A stretch of 64,000 nt of DNA from a virus (Duplodnaviria; Caudoviricetes), in IMG/VR virus record IMGVR_UViG_3300020463_000014, positions 12,240-76,239 of that record, one strand, 5' to 3'. How positions within the stretch are numbered: the first letter of the stretch is position 1; each line of letters opens with the position of its first letter. Made by a program: the position numbers and the translations under genes. This document shows, piece by piece, positions 39,158 through 49,542 of this stretch. The notes under the pieces were generated by a model. It was not told the origin of the DNA and did no database searches. It saw only the letters and a list, made by a program, of their open reading frames with translations.

Positions 39158-40567
39158 TTATAGTTGGATGATGACTTTAATGTCTTCGGATTGGTTTGCA
39201 GTTCGTTGAACTGATGCTCTATTATCTAGATATAATACATCTCCAGTTAATCTATCAACTTCAGCGTTATTATCAAATGATTCCATTACACCTTCACCAT
39301 TTCCATCTACTTCTTGAATAGTTTCACCTACATTAAATAATTTAAATCCTGTATCAGGAGATTGATGATAGTGAATTCTTGTTCCACCTGAAACACTTGA
39401 ATCTACATTATCTATATACGCTTGTGCACTTGAGCTTATACCTTTAATTTTACGATCTTTACTAAATGCAACAGTATAAGACGATAATTTCATATTTCTT
39501 GTAGCTATGCCAGTAAGCTCTGTAAAAAGGCCTGTAGAATCAGGTTGAAGTGGATTTTTAATAAGACCAACTTGTCTAAAATCCTGAGATAAAATAAAAT
39601 CTTCATCATTATCTAAAATTTTAGATCTAAACATTACTGCATCAGCTTTTAAATCTTTTCTAGCGTCAAATCCAAATCCTGGAGTTGGACCTACGACTGC
39701 CCTTGCTCGTGCACTATCACCACCAGAGCCATCTGGTAAAATAATAAGTTCAGCATAATCATAACTATCTAAATAATTTAAAGTAGCACCAGATGTTTTA
39801 GTTTGAATTGCTGTAATTGTTCCATTATCTGAGTCAATTATAGGTTTTAAAAAGTTTGCAGCAGAATCACCGAATGTTAGTGTACCGTTACCTCTAAGAA
39901 CAAGATTAGGAAATGCACCAGCAGTGCCATATCCACTGCCGCCATTTGTCATCACAAATGAAGTAATTCTACCTGGTATAGCATTTTGTTGAATTTCATG
40001 TTGTTTAATTTCAATACCAGTAGAGTTAGAATCAGGCGCGGTTTCCTGAATATGAACAGGCATATATTGAGAAGATAAAAAGAAATTTGCTTTCAAGGCA
40101 CTAATTGTATAAAGAAATTTCCACACATAACCATCAGATGTAGAAAACGGAGCAACATTTTCATTGCCACTGGGTTTAACAAGAGATGGTTGAGGAACTC
40201 CTTGTTTATTTACACCTGTTCTTAAACAAATATATACTCCAAAATTATCTGTTAAAACATAATATCTTTTACCGACACTTAAAGTTCCTGCTCGTTGGTC
40301 ATCCCATTGTGGATAAATTGTTCCATATACCCAATCTTGTCTTGGTACAATAAAACTGGCTGCTTCTACTTTTTTAACAGCTTGAAGTTTTTCTTTAAAT
40401 TCAATTACATCAAATTTTGAGTTTAATGGGGTGGTAGCGGCGTCATTACTATCCCATTGTTCAGATCTTCCAATTCCAATATAATACTCACTACCAGCTG
40501 AATTATAATCAGCTAATAACTCTTTTAAAATATTGTGTTTTAAATCATCAGTGACGATAGCTACCAT
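39158..40567 (-). CDS. gp8: Baseplate wedge subunit gp8
   Basis: YYIGIGRSEQW, VPRQDW, YYVLT...VYICL, DGYVWKFLYTI, DFRQVGLIKNP, EDIKVIIQL. Confidence 0.9.
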   Translation of the reverse strand: MVAIVTDDLKHNILKELLADYNSAGSEYYIGIGRSEQWDSNDAATTPLNSKFDVIEFKEKLQAVKKVEAASFIVPRQDWVYGTIYPQWDDQRAGTLSVGKRYYVLTDNFGVYICLRTGVNKQGVPQPSLVKPSGNENVAPFSTSDGYVWKFLYTISALKANFFLSSQYMPVHIQETAPDSNSTGIEIKQHEIQQNAIPGRITSFVMTNGGSGYGTAGAFPNLVLRGNGTLTFGDSAANFLKPIIDSDNGTITAIQTKTSGATLNYLDSYDYAELIILPDGSGGDSARARAVVGPTPGFGFDARKDLKADAVMFRSKILDNDEDFILSQDFRQVGLIKNPLQPDSTGLFTELTGIATRNMKLSSYTVAFSKDRKIKGISSSAQAYIDNVDSSVSGGTRIHYHQSPDTGFKLFNVGETIQEVDGNGEGVMESFDNNAEVDRLTGDVLYLDNRASVQRTANQSEDIKVIIQL

Positions 40568-40632
40568 AGTTTATTTCCTATCTTAATATGTTCAAATTGT
40601 AATACTAAAAATATTAATTCTATTGTTGGTTA

Positions 40633-40640
40633 TATTTATA
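40633..40640 (-). promoter_or_regulatory. T4-type late promoter TATAAATA
   Basis: Exact motif in the intergenic region upstream of gp8. Confidence 0.75.
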
Positions 40641-40653
40641 TAGTTTTTTGCCT

Positions 40654-41832
40654 TTATGGTCTTAAATCTGAATCATAAAGTGGATAAGCTTGTGTCATAT
40701 CAGAATCTGCAGCAAAGTGAGATGCACCAAGTTCAGCATATGCAAGCGATGTAGTAATAATAGATGGATACGGAGTTTTCATATAGCTTGGATTATCTCC
40801 AGTGCCAACATAGAATGATGGATATGTTCCATAGTAACCATAAGAATCTATACCGTTTCCAAGATGAAGCGATGGATTACTATCAACTCTAATTAAAGTA
40901 GCACTATCAGTTGTTGTATTCCAACTTTTTCGTGTTTGTGCTGCCCAAGCATATGTAGTAGGGTATGCTGCATTTAATTCAGCTATAGTTCTATTTAAAT
41001 AAATATCTTCGCTTAATGGTCTAACATGTAATCGATAGTTATAAGAAATTCCATTATATACTTCTGATACAAGAGCAGTAATGTCAACTAATTGTAAAGT
41101 ATCTTCAACTGGTCTTGTTCCAATCGAATCATATAGAAAATTATCTGATAAATTTGCACTACCAGTTACAGAAAATGGAAAAATATCTGCGAATGGTACA
41201 GGTGCAGCTGAGATTGCAGTATTAATTGCCGGCTCTTGAATTACTATTTCAGCCGCTAAATGAAAACCTGCAGGATGCACAAATTTCTTATATAACTCTT
41301 CCCAATCTGGCATACCTCTATCTGTTCTGATAAGGTGTGATAATAACTGATATATTCCGCCGTCTTGTAAAACTTTTTGTTGGTCCACACCAATTTCAGA
41401 ACTACTATCATTAAGATAAAACAAATCATTTTTTGGATAATGTATTTCGGCATCGGTTAAAAAGAAAGCTCTAAAAAATCCTTCAGATGAATATTTAGAA
41501 CCTTTTACTCGATAAAATTTTGCAAAATTACGAATAATTTCTCTTGGGTTAACTGGAAATTTTTTAATGCCTACACCTAAAGCAACTTCATTTAATAATA
41601 AATCTAATTGCTGTAAAGAATTATCTTCAATATCTCTACATGTGTAAATATCTTTTATTAAACTGCCAAATCCTTCAGCATCCATAAAGTCATAATAATA
41701 TTCTAAAAATAAAATAATATTTGGATATTCTGTAATAAAATATTCTGGTAAGATTTCTTTTACAGAACTCCTATGTAATTCTAATGGAAGTCTATTAAAA
41801 TCTTTTAATGTTCTTTCGCGGCCATTTGACAT
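40654..41832 (-). CDS. gp7: Baseplate wedge subunit, short gp7-like
   Basis: LPEY...FLEYYY, FYRVKGS...FFR.F, LQD...YQ, FVHPAGF; lies between gp6 and gp8. Confidence 0.75.
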   Translation of the reverse strand: MSNGRERTLKDFNRLPLELHRSSVKEILPEYFITEYPNIILFLEYYYDFMDAEGFGSLIKDIYTCRDIEDNSLQQLDLLLNEVALGVGIKKFPVNPREIIRNFAKFYRVKGSKYSSEGFFRAFFLTDAEIHYPKNDLFYLNDSSSEIGVDQQKVLQDGGIYQLLSHLIRTDRGMPDWEELYKKFVHPAGFHLAAEIVIQEPAINTAISAAPVPFADIFPFSVTGSANLSDNFLYDSIGTRPVEDTLQLVDITALVSEVYNGISYNYRLHVRPLSEDIYLNRTIAELNAAYPTTYAWAAQTRKSWNTTTDSATLIRVDSNPSLHLGNGIDSYGYYGTYPSFYVGTGDNPSYMKTPYPSIITTSLAYAELGASHFAADSDMTQAYPLYDSDLRP

Positions 41833-41834
41833 TA

Positions 41835-43766
41835 TTAATACCCGCCTCCACCAGAACCACTAGAACTAGATGATGTGCTGGAACTGCCAGTTGATGATGT
41901 ACCTACCACAGTTCTACCACTTGAACTATTTAATACTATATTTGTATTTTGATAATCAATATTAACACCAACAACTAAATTTGTTTCAGCAACTTTTAAA
42001 ATATAATTTCTAAGAGGTTTAACCGATGTTTGATCTTGAGGAGTAGCTGAAATTTTAATGGTTGTTGAACCATCAATAATTGCTCTTGGTTCAAATCCAT
42101 TTAATTGAACCAATCCACTTTGTGGAAAGTAAGATCCAATATTATCAACTAACACTGAACTATTTGCATCAATAATTTGAAGTATTGTAGTATTTAATTT
42201 ATTTCTCATTCTTGCAATAGTATTATTTTCACCATATGTAAAAGATGTAGATGTAATACTATAAGAATCTAAACCAGGCTGTTCTAATCTTATTGGAAAA
42301 TATATGCTATAAGTATCTTGTAAATTTAATGTCGGTTTAAATTCAATTTGAAGCCTAACATCCATGCTTGAAGAAAGAATTGATTGGTCATATGCATCAA
42401 TCTGAGTTAGTAATGTTGATCTTCTAAAGGTTTTACCAAATCCTCTTAATACTGTATTAAAATGAGTAGTAATAAGTTCTTTTACTCTGCCTTCAATATT
42501 ACCAGATTTTAGACCAGTAAGATTAGGATCCCATTGAACTCTTGTATCTAGTTCAAAATTTAAAACTACTGGATCTACAAATTTTGTTCCAATAGCCATA
42601 ATTCCAAGATTGTTTGCATATGTATTAACTATATTTGCTTTAATATCTGTTTGTTCTGCTGCAGTAGTAGTATCAGCAAATTGAGTGCTAATATAAACAC
42701 ATCCATAATCAACCGGAATATTATCTTGACTACCCCAACAAGCTACTGCTTCTATTTGCGGAAAATTAGCTTTGATCATTGATTCATAATCTAATGCAGT
42801 GACTAATCTTTGTTGAGTAGCAAATGCTGCTGGAGCTAACTGTTTAATAGTATCAATAGACTGTAATTCTGAACCACTAATAGATTTTGTAATTCCAATA
42901 ACATTTACGGGGTAACTTTGACCAAGTACACCAATGGTATCATTAGCTGTAAATGTAACTCCACCATTACCAGCAGATCCTGCTGTACTAAGATAATTAA
43001 TAATAATTTTATTACCAGCAACTGGTGCTCGACCAAATGATACACCATCACCAAAATTTAACTCATAATATCCATTAGGCATTTCTCTTAATGTATAATA
43101 AGCTGAAGTAGAATCTACTGTTACTGCTCTACTTAATTCAGTATAAGTGTCAAAATCTTCTGATGTTGTAGAATTATATACACTTACAACTGCAGTTTTA
43201 ATATCCATATTTGGATCTGGTATTATATAAACTTGTCTATCAGATGTCTCACCAACATAAAAAGTTTTTGTAGTTACTTTACCCTCAAATGCTGTAATTT
43301 CTTGAACACCAGTATCTGTTGTAAATGTATATACGCCATTTGCTTCTGTACCAGTATATTTTTGCCTAGTATGAAATTGATATGTGTTGCCATCAATATT
43401 TGTATTAAAGGTAAAACCAGAAGGAAGAAGAATTGAAGTAGGTCTTCCTACAACTAAACCAGTATTGATACTTACTCTTAATGTAACTTTTGAAGATGTT
43501 TTTGATGCAACATCTAAACCAAGCATTTCTGCGTGTGATACTACCGAAGGTCTTAATTGTGCTGTATCAAGAAATGATTCGTTTAATGCAAAATTAGCTA
43601 TAAGTCCATTGTAGTGTGTATTATATGCTAATACATCTAAGATATTATTTAAACCCGATGCTTCAAAATCATAATCCGCAAACTCAGATTTTGCTTCAAA
43701 AAAAGTTTTTAATGAAGACTTAATATTTTCAAAGTCAAGCTGTGTTGATGTAATATTAGTTGCCAT
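41835..43766 (-). CDS. gp6: Baseplate wedge subunit gp6
   Basis: LDFENIKSSL...DYDFEASGLNNILDVLAYNTHY...NESFLDTAQLR, FGDG, QQRLVTALDY. Confidence 0.95.
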   Translation of the reverse strand: MATNITSTQLDFENIKSSLKTFFEAKSEFADYDFEASGLNNILDVLAYNTHYNGLIANFALNESFLDTAQLRPSVVSHAEMLGLDVASKTSSKVTLRVSINTGLVVGRPTSILLPSGFTFNTNIDGNTYQFHTRQKYTGTEANGVYTFTTDTGVQEITAFEGKVTTKTFYVGETSDRQVYIIPDPNMDIKTAVVSVYNSTTSEDFDTYTELSRAVTVDSTSAYYTLREMPNGYYELNFGDGVSFGRAPVAGNKIIINYLSTAGSAGNGGVTFTANDTIGVLGQSYPVNVIGITKSISGSELQSIDTIKQLAPAAFATQQRLVTALDYESMIKANFPQIEAVACWGSQDNIPVDYGCVYISTQFADTTTAAEQTDIKANIVNTYANNLGIMAIGTKFVDPVVLNFELDTRVQWDPNLTGLKSGNIEGRVKELITTHFNTVLRGFGKTFRRSTLLTQIDAYDQSILSSSMDVRLQIEFKPTLNLQDTYSIYFPIRLEQPGLDSYSITSTSFTYGENNTIARMRNKLNTTILQIIDANSSVLVDNIGSYFPQSGLVQLNGFEPRAIIDGSTTIKISATPQDQTSVKPLRNYILKVAETNLVVGVNIDYQNTNIVLNSSSGRTVVGTSSTGSSSTSSSSSGSGGGGY

Positions 43767-44210
43767 TTATCTTAGCCTCGCTACTGATGTTTCAATGACT
43801 TCTATTGAGCCTGTTGAAATTACTTGAAACTCTATTCTACAAAAAATATTGTTTAAGTCTGGTTGAATTACTGATTGAACATTTATAAGCCTAGCTCTTG
43901 GTTCCCAATTTTTTATTGCCATTGCAATTTCTTGATTTACATCATCTTCTATCAAATCATCATTTAATTCAAATAATAAACCTGATAAATCAGCACCAAA
44001 ATTATGTGAAAACGGTTTTTCAAATTTATTGGTCATTAATAAATTCTTTACAGCTTGTTTAACTGCTGCAGCATCTTCTTTTTTAAAAATATCGCCATTA
44101 GTTTTTTTATTAAATGATAAATTAACATCCTTGCTCAGCCGCGTTCCCGAAGTAATAATACTCGGAGTAGATAAAATGCCATCTTCTGTTGCAAAAGCTC
44201 TTGTTACCAT
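43767..44210 (-). CDS. gp25: Baseplate wedge subunit gp25
   Basis: AVKQAVKNLLMTNKFEKPF...FGADL...LFE...IKNWEPR. Confidence 0.92.
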   Translation of the reverse strand: MVTRAFATEDGILSTPSIITSGTRLSKDVNLSFNKKTNGDIFKKEDAAAVKQAVKNLLMTNKFEKPFSHNFGADLSGLLFELNDDLIEDDVNQEIAMAIKNWEPRARLINVQSVIQPDLNNIFCRIEFQVISTGSIEVIETSVARLR

Positions 44211-44235
44211 TTTGTTTATCTTCTATTGTTTATTC

Positions 44236-44243
44236 TATTTATA
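44236..44243 (-). promoter_or_regulatory. T4-type late promoter TATAAATA
   Basis: Exact motif upstream of gp25. Confidence 0.75.
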
Positions 44244-44253
44244 CATTTATTTG

Positions 44254-47200
44254 TTAACTTAAACTCCAATTAAGACTTGTTTGTCCCAGCATAAACTCTT
44301 CCTGGCCAGATCCTATTTCAGCAGCCATGTATAGATGATTAGATGGAATAGCTCTGCTTATATAAACTCTATATTCAGTAGGACCAAAGTCATAGCCGTA
44401 GTTTCCATATTTTTTAAACCATTCCTGTTCACCATCAACATCATGATATATGAGAATACTTCCTGGAGCGTGTTTACCCGCTTTTGCTGCTGCTGTTAAT
44501 TCTTCTACACTGCCATATGTGCCAAATGGTAATTTTGTTTCTATTCTATCTTTCTTTGGTTTAGGTTCTGGTACTTGTTTTTTCTCTTCAACTGGTTTTG
44601 CTGCTTCAGCTTTTGTTTCAGCAGTTTGATAAATTTTATTTGTCCTCGGGGCTGGAATAGATCCACCTTCTTCATCTCTCATAGAAAACAAACTAGCATC
44701 TTTATATACAGAAAAATCACCGCCCCAGCCAAGACCATGTGCTCGAGCAATAAATGATATTGCATTAGGAAAATCATGAACTAATGTAGTACCTTTTAAA
44801 TTTTGAGAAATATTTATGTTTATTCCTAATCCAGATGCATTTGATGTCCATAAATCTTCACCAGTAAATTCATCTGGAAGATTTGAATATCTTTGAGTAG
44901 TAGTTGCATATCCATCAAGAGTTTTAATTTCATAATTATAATCTGGTCCTTCAAGCTTATTAATAAATGCTTGAAAGTTATTCCATACAGCAGCAGAAAC
45001 AAATGTATAAAAGCCATTTTTTGTTTTAATTTTCTTTAAACCTTCATCAGTAATTGCTGGCGTTGTTGGTTCTTCAAGTTCAATTGATCCAGTTTCACTT
45101 AAAGCGATTTCAATTAAATCTTTAGTTGATTGAACTTCATTATTAAAGTGAGTTTCTATTTCTTGCTTAAAAGTAACATTATAATTTTGAGGTATTTCTG
45201 GCATTACTACAATAATACTAGCGTACAATATTTTTTCACCAGAAGATAATTCATCAACTTCATAAGTGTCATAAGACATTATTAATTTATCGTATTCAGC
45301 ATTATCTTTTAAGTATGCTGCTAAATCAAATGTAACACCTGGAGATAGATCTCCACTTCTTGAGTTACGTACTTCAAAACCAACTACTCTTCCCGTTGCA
45401 GATAATTTTGTTATAGAATCACTTGGTGCAGAAACATCTGTTGTTCCTAATTTTTGTACACCTTCAACTATTTTTATGTTAAAGCCTTCCATAAACTTTG
45501 GTACTTTTACTAATTTTAATAATTTAACAGTTGCAACTAAATTTCTTGCCATTCTATGTCTTTCGACTTGACTCATATCATTCATTGTTTCAGAGTTCGG
45601 AAAGAATTTGGCTACTGGTATTCCAGGTGAAAGAAGCGTACCCATTTTAATGTCTTTTATATTATTTGGATTATATTGCGCTTCAGGAACAATAAATTTA
45701 ATTTGCTTTTTAGATGTGTCTGTTGGTTTATATCTAATAGTTTTAGCTCCTGGATCAGCAGCTCCAATAGTATTAGAACCCATTCGTGATTGAGTTTTCT
45801 TTCCTAATATTCTATTGACATGTTCCGGAACTTTTTCTGAATACGAAGAAGATAATGTGTCATTTGCAATGCACTCATTAACAAATGCTAAGTTAGATTT
45901 ATTTGCAGGGTTGCGCAATTTAATTCTTATTTCAGATGTGGTAAGTGGTTTATCAGTAACTCCAGCGGTTGTAACTGTTTTATCCATATAATTGTATATG
46001 CCATCATCGTCATCTACAAAAACTGATTGTACCATATAAGCAGATTTATCTAAAAATACTGATGTTGTCGTTTCAGTTGGTAATGGTTTTAAATTATCTA
46101 ATCCACTTGGACCATAATCACTTGCAGCATCAGTTGGCCATTTCTTTGGTCCTTTTGTAGTATTTGCTGCAGTCACAGCTATAGCATCTTGTGTGCTACT
46201 TGTATAAGGATAAGGAGTACCAGTTGTTCCTCCCCCTGGATCCGGGTCAGCATAATTTTGAGCGGCTGTAATATTAGCTTGTAATGCAGTTCCATTTAAA
46301 CTACCATGAAATGTAGTTGCATGCATAGATGTTGAATTTACTCGAGTTGAATTAATTGTTTGAGTATCTAATGTATCAGTTGCATACACACTTTTTGTAG
46401 TAACAGTGTCAATTGCATTTATTGAATGACCAGTAAACATATTATAGTTATACATTACAATATTCTCACCACCAATAGTTCCAGTATTACCTGTAGCAGT
46501 TAAATCTTGTGCAACAACATTAATGTTAGGTGATGTTAAACTAATTTCGGTTTGTGATGTAAGAGTTGTAGATCCTTTGTGATTATAATCTGATTCACCT
46601 CTTACAATAAATTCATAATCTTCTTTTACTGAAGTGCTTAGTTTTCCAAGAAATGTATTTGTAACATCTTTCAATACTGTAGTGCTTTTTACTTTTTGAA
46701 TAGTTTCAGCCATCATACCAATAATTCGTTTAGTATAAGACCCAAAAACATTTACAATCCAATGACCTCCAACTTTTAAATTATAATTACCACCAACATC
46801 AAGATTAAAATCTCCACCAATATTCATAGTCAAATCACCTGAATATGTAAGATTTCCATTACCTTCTGTAAATAAATGATGATTGCCAGTTATTAAATCA
46901 ACTCTATTGCCTCTTGCATTAACAATAACAGAACCATCTGGTTTTATTTCAACACCTGCACCACATAAATGTTTTAAAAGAATTCTTTCACTTCCAATTG
47001 TATCATCATATAATGCTACATGACCTTTTGGCGTTGTTTTAATTGAAACCTGCGCGGCGTCAGATGGTGTTGAATGTGTCAATGATATATCTTCACGGCC
47101 AATTACAGTACTTACATCAGTTTCTAAATTATGAATCGAAACACCACGTGTGCTTTTTTCAGTACCCTGTTCAAAGAAATAATCAGCTGTTGGATTTTCA

Positions 47201-47301
47201 CCTGATGCATCTTCAAAACCAGTTCCTCGAACAGTTCCTAATAGAAGAGCTCTTCTATCTCGTGCAGCTACATTTTCAAGTTCTTTATTATTTAAACTCA
47301 T
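44254..47301 (-). CDS. gp5 C-terminal-like spike protein (beta-helix) with degenerate peptidase M15-like domain(s)
   Basis: GH...YDDTIGSERI...H..G..VEI.PDG followed by V/I-x-G beta-helix repeats. C-terminal HGLGWGGDF M15-like segment in which the Zn ligands appear replaced. Confidence 0.7.
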   Translation of the reverse strand: MSLNNKELENVAARDRRALLLGTVRGTGFEDASGENPTADYFFEQGTEKSTRGVSIHNLETDVSTVIGREDISLTHSTPSDAAQVSIKTTPKGHVALYDDTIGSERILLKHLCGAGVEIKPDGSVIVNARGNRVDLITGNHHLFTEGNGNLTYSGDLTMNIGGDFNLDVGGNYNLKVGGHWIVNVFGSYTKRIIGMMAETIQKVKSTTVLKDVTNTFLGKLSTSVKEDYEFIVRGESDYNHKGSTTLTSQTEISLTSPNINVVAQDLTATGNTGTIGGENIVMYNYNMFTGHSINAIDTVTTKSVYATDTLDTQTINSTRVNSTSMHATTFHGSLNGTALQANITAAQNYADPDPGGGTTGTPYPYTSSTQDAIAVTAANTTKGPKKWPTDAASDYGPSGLDNLKPLPTETTTSVFLDKSAYMVQSVFVDDDDGIYNYMDKTVTTAGVTDKPLTTSEIRIKLRNPANKSNLAFVNECIANDTLSSSYSEKVPEHVNRILGKKTQSRMGSNTIGAADPGAKTIRYKPTDTSKKQIKFIVPEAQYNPNNIKDIKMGTLLSPGIPVAKFFPNSETMNDMSQVERHRMARNLVATVKLLKLVKVPKFMEGFNIKIVEGVQKLGTTDVSAPSDSITKLSATGRVVGFEVRNSRSGDLSPGVTFDLAAYLKDNAEYDKLIMSYDTYEVDELSSGEKILYASIIVVMPEIPQNYNVTFKQEIETHFNNEVQSTKDLIEIALSETGSIELEEPTTPAITDEGLKKIKTKNGFYTFVSAAVWNNFQAFINKLEGPDYNYEIKTLDGYATTTQRYSNLPDEFTGEDLWTSNASGLGININISQNLKGTTLVHDFPNAISFIARAHGLGWGGDFSVYKDASLFSMRDEEGGSIPAPRTNKIYQTAETKAEAAKPVEEKKQVPEPKPKKDRIETKLPFGTYGSVEELTAAAKAGKHAPGSILIYHDVDGEQEWFKKYGNYGYDFGPTEYRVYISRAIPSNHLYMAAEIGSGQEEFMLGQTSLNWSLS

Positions 47302-49532
47302 TTTTTACCTACACTTTCATTATACGATTTAAGGCTATTAATAGGAATCCCTAACATATTTTTTATACCAAGCGCGCCTCGAGTAGCTTCAATTATAGAT
47401 TTTCCTTCAGCTATAAATTCAGCTTGTTTTTCTCTATCTAGCACAACATTTACAACTTCATCTGTAATTAATTCTTTTGGTTTTATTATATCACCTTCTT
47501 TTAATATATCATTATTAAGAAGTTGTACAATTTCATCATATCCATGAGCTAAAATAGGTATAGCTCCAGGTAATGGCGCTGCAGTTTTTACTTGCTCTTT
47601 ATCTGGTACAGGAGGAATTACAGCTGGAGCTGGAGAAGGTGTGACAAATGGAGCATTATTTTCTGTAATAGCATCAGATAACATAACTTGCTCTGCAACT
47701 AATGCATCTTGGTCTATATTTTCTAATTCTGGATCTGTTTGATTAGTAGTTTTAAATCTATTTTTTAAATATCCTCCAACATCAAATCCAGGATCTTGAG
47801 CCCAATGTTCAACATCATTATGTCCAAAAACACTACAGCCCGGCCATATTGCATAATAAGATTTTACTATTATATCAAGAGTTTTCATTTGAGCAGTCGT
47901 TAAAGATTCTTTACCTTGTTTCCAATATTCTTTCTTTTCAGTTGAATAAGAATTCAATCCGCCTATAAAGACTACACCAATACTATATTTGTCATGATTA
48001 TCAGCATGACGGCCTTCAATATAAACTGGCCGGCCTCTTTCTATTTGTCCATTTTTCTTTACAACATAATGATAACCAATACCATCTTGATTCAGCGCTA
48101 TAGCTCTTTCATGTACTTCTTCAGCACCTGCATGAGATTGATCTAGAAAATGTTCACTCCAGTGCAATATGAGTTCTGTAACTTCTCTTTTAACACTATT
48201 AAATTCTGCAACTAATTCTTCAGGTGAATTAACTCGAGTAAATGCGTATTCACCTGGATTTTTAACTTTTCTTTTACTTTCAGAAATTACCGTTTGCGCA
48301 CCTGACCAATTAGATGCAGCTTGACCTATTTCAATTCTTTCAGATGAAAGAGGAGGACTATCTGCATCATCTGGCACAATATTGGTAGAAAGATCTGTTG
48401 TAAGACTATTAACCTTTGTTTCAATATCAGTAGTAAGTTTACCCATTTGATTTTCAATAATAGCTCTGGCCTGTTCGGCTGGCATTCCTGGTATTGTTAT
48501 TTTACCTGTGTCTGGATCTAAGTATGGAACAATCTCTGCGCCAAATGTTGTTAACTTACCTGTGTCTGGATCTAAGTATGGAACAATTTTTCCTAAGTTA
48601 GCACTTTGTGCTATTGCAGCTGAATTAATGTCATTAATCACTGATGTAAATTTTTCATTTTTTAAATTTTTTACAGCTTGTGCAACTTGGCTAACAGACA
48701 AAACACCGCCAGCTAAATCTTTTATTCCTCTTGTCAAATGATCATCTGCCGCTAATTTAGCATTTTGAATTAATCCTAGTGCATTATTAATTCCAAAATC
48801 AACATTTGTTACTGTGTCTAAAATGTTATCTACATCTCTAATTGATACATTTAAATCCACATTCAATGCGTTTTGCAAACCACCTAAGCCATTAGTTAAT
48901 TTTTTTAGCTGATTAGGAAAAGCAGTTACATTATTTAATGCACCAGTTAGATTTGTGCCAAGAGCATTAGCAGCAGACTCTAATATAGCAACTTTTGCTA
49001 AACCATCTTTTGCAAAATCTGATAATTCTGCAGGAACAATTCCCTTCATAATTTTATCAAAATCAGGAAGTTCACCTGTAACTTTATTAATAGCAGATTG
49101 AATTGATTGTGGCGTTCCAACTAATTTATTAGCTTTTTTTATTCCAGCTCTAAGTGTTGTATATTCAGTTTTTGGTGTAAACACTTCTCCATCAGGATTT
49201 GTCCATGGTCGAGCACTCATTTGTTGAACAATTTCTTCTTCTGCAGTAGTTAAAGCCTTATTCATTTTATCTTCAAGACCAGGCATTTCATTAGTTAAAG
49301 TTGCAATAGGTGCTACTGCTACTAAATTTGCTATGCTTTCTTTTGCTACTGGCAAAGATTCGGTAAGTGATTTAATACCATTGATAGAATTACCAACTTT
49401 ATTTAAAGCCAATTTAGTTTCATTTAAAGCTTTTATTCCATTACTAACTTTATCTATTTTAGAAGTCAAGTTTTGAAAGTCTAATGTACCTCGTACATTA
49501 TTTAATTTATCGTTTAATCCTCTAATATCCAT
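47298..49532 (-). CDS. Baseplate-hub-associated protein with an N-acetylmuramoyl-L-alanine amidase (Amidase_2, T7-lysozyme-like) domain
   Basis: LILHWS...IGYHYVV...GQIERGRP...GRHA...SIGVVFIGG...GHND, preceded by a long helical N-terminus. Confidence 0.8.
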   Translation of the reverse strand: MDIRGLNDKLNNVRGTLDFQNLTSKIDKVSNGIKALNETKLALNKVGNSINGIKSLTESLPVAKESIANLVAVAPIATLTNEMPGLEDKMNKALTTAEEEIVQQMSARPWTNPDGEVFTPKTEYTTLRAGIKKANKLVGTPQSIQSAINKVTGELPDFDKIMKGIVPAELSDFAKDGLAKVAILESAANALGTNLTGALNNVTAFPNQLKKLTNGLGGLQNALNVDLNVSIRDVDNILDTVTNVDFGINNALGLIQNAKLAADDHLTRGIKDLAGGVLSVSQVAQAVKNLKNEKFTSVINDINSAAIAQSANLGKIVPYLDPDTGKLTTFGAEIVPYLDPDTGKITIPGMPAEQARAIIENQMGKLTTDIETKVNSLTTDLSTNIVPDDADSPPLSSERIEIGQAASNWSGAQTVISESKRKVKNPGEYAFTRVNSPEELVAEFNSVKREVTELILHWSEHFLDQSHAGAEEVHERAIALNQDGIGYHYVVKKNGQIERGRPVYIEGRHADNHDKYSIGVVFIGGLNSYSTEKKEYWKQGKESLTTAQMKTLDIIVKSYYAIWPGCSVFGHNDVEHWAQDPGFDVGGYLKNRFKTTNQTDPELENIDQDALVAEQVMLSDAITENNAPFVTPSPAPAVIPPVPDKEQVKTAAPLPGAIPILAHGYDEIVQLLNNDILKEGDIIKPKELITDEVVNVVLDREKQAEFIAEGKSIIEATRGALGIKNMLGIPINSLKSYNESVGKK
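48502..48587. repeat. 32-bp direct repeat, 54-nt period (IVPYLDPDTGK twice)
   Basis: TTACCTGTGTCTGGATCTAAGTATGGAACAAT at 48502 and 48556. Confidence 0.9.
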
Positions 49533-49542
49533 AACTTATCTC

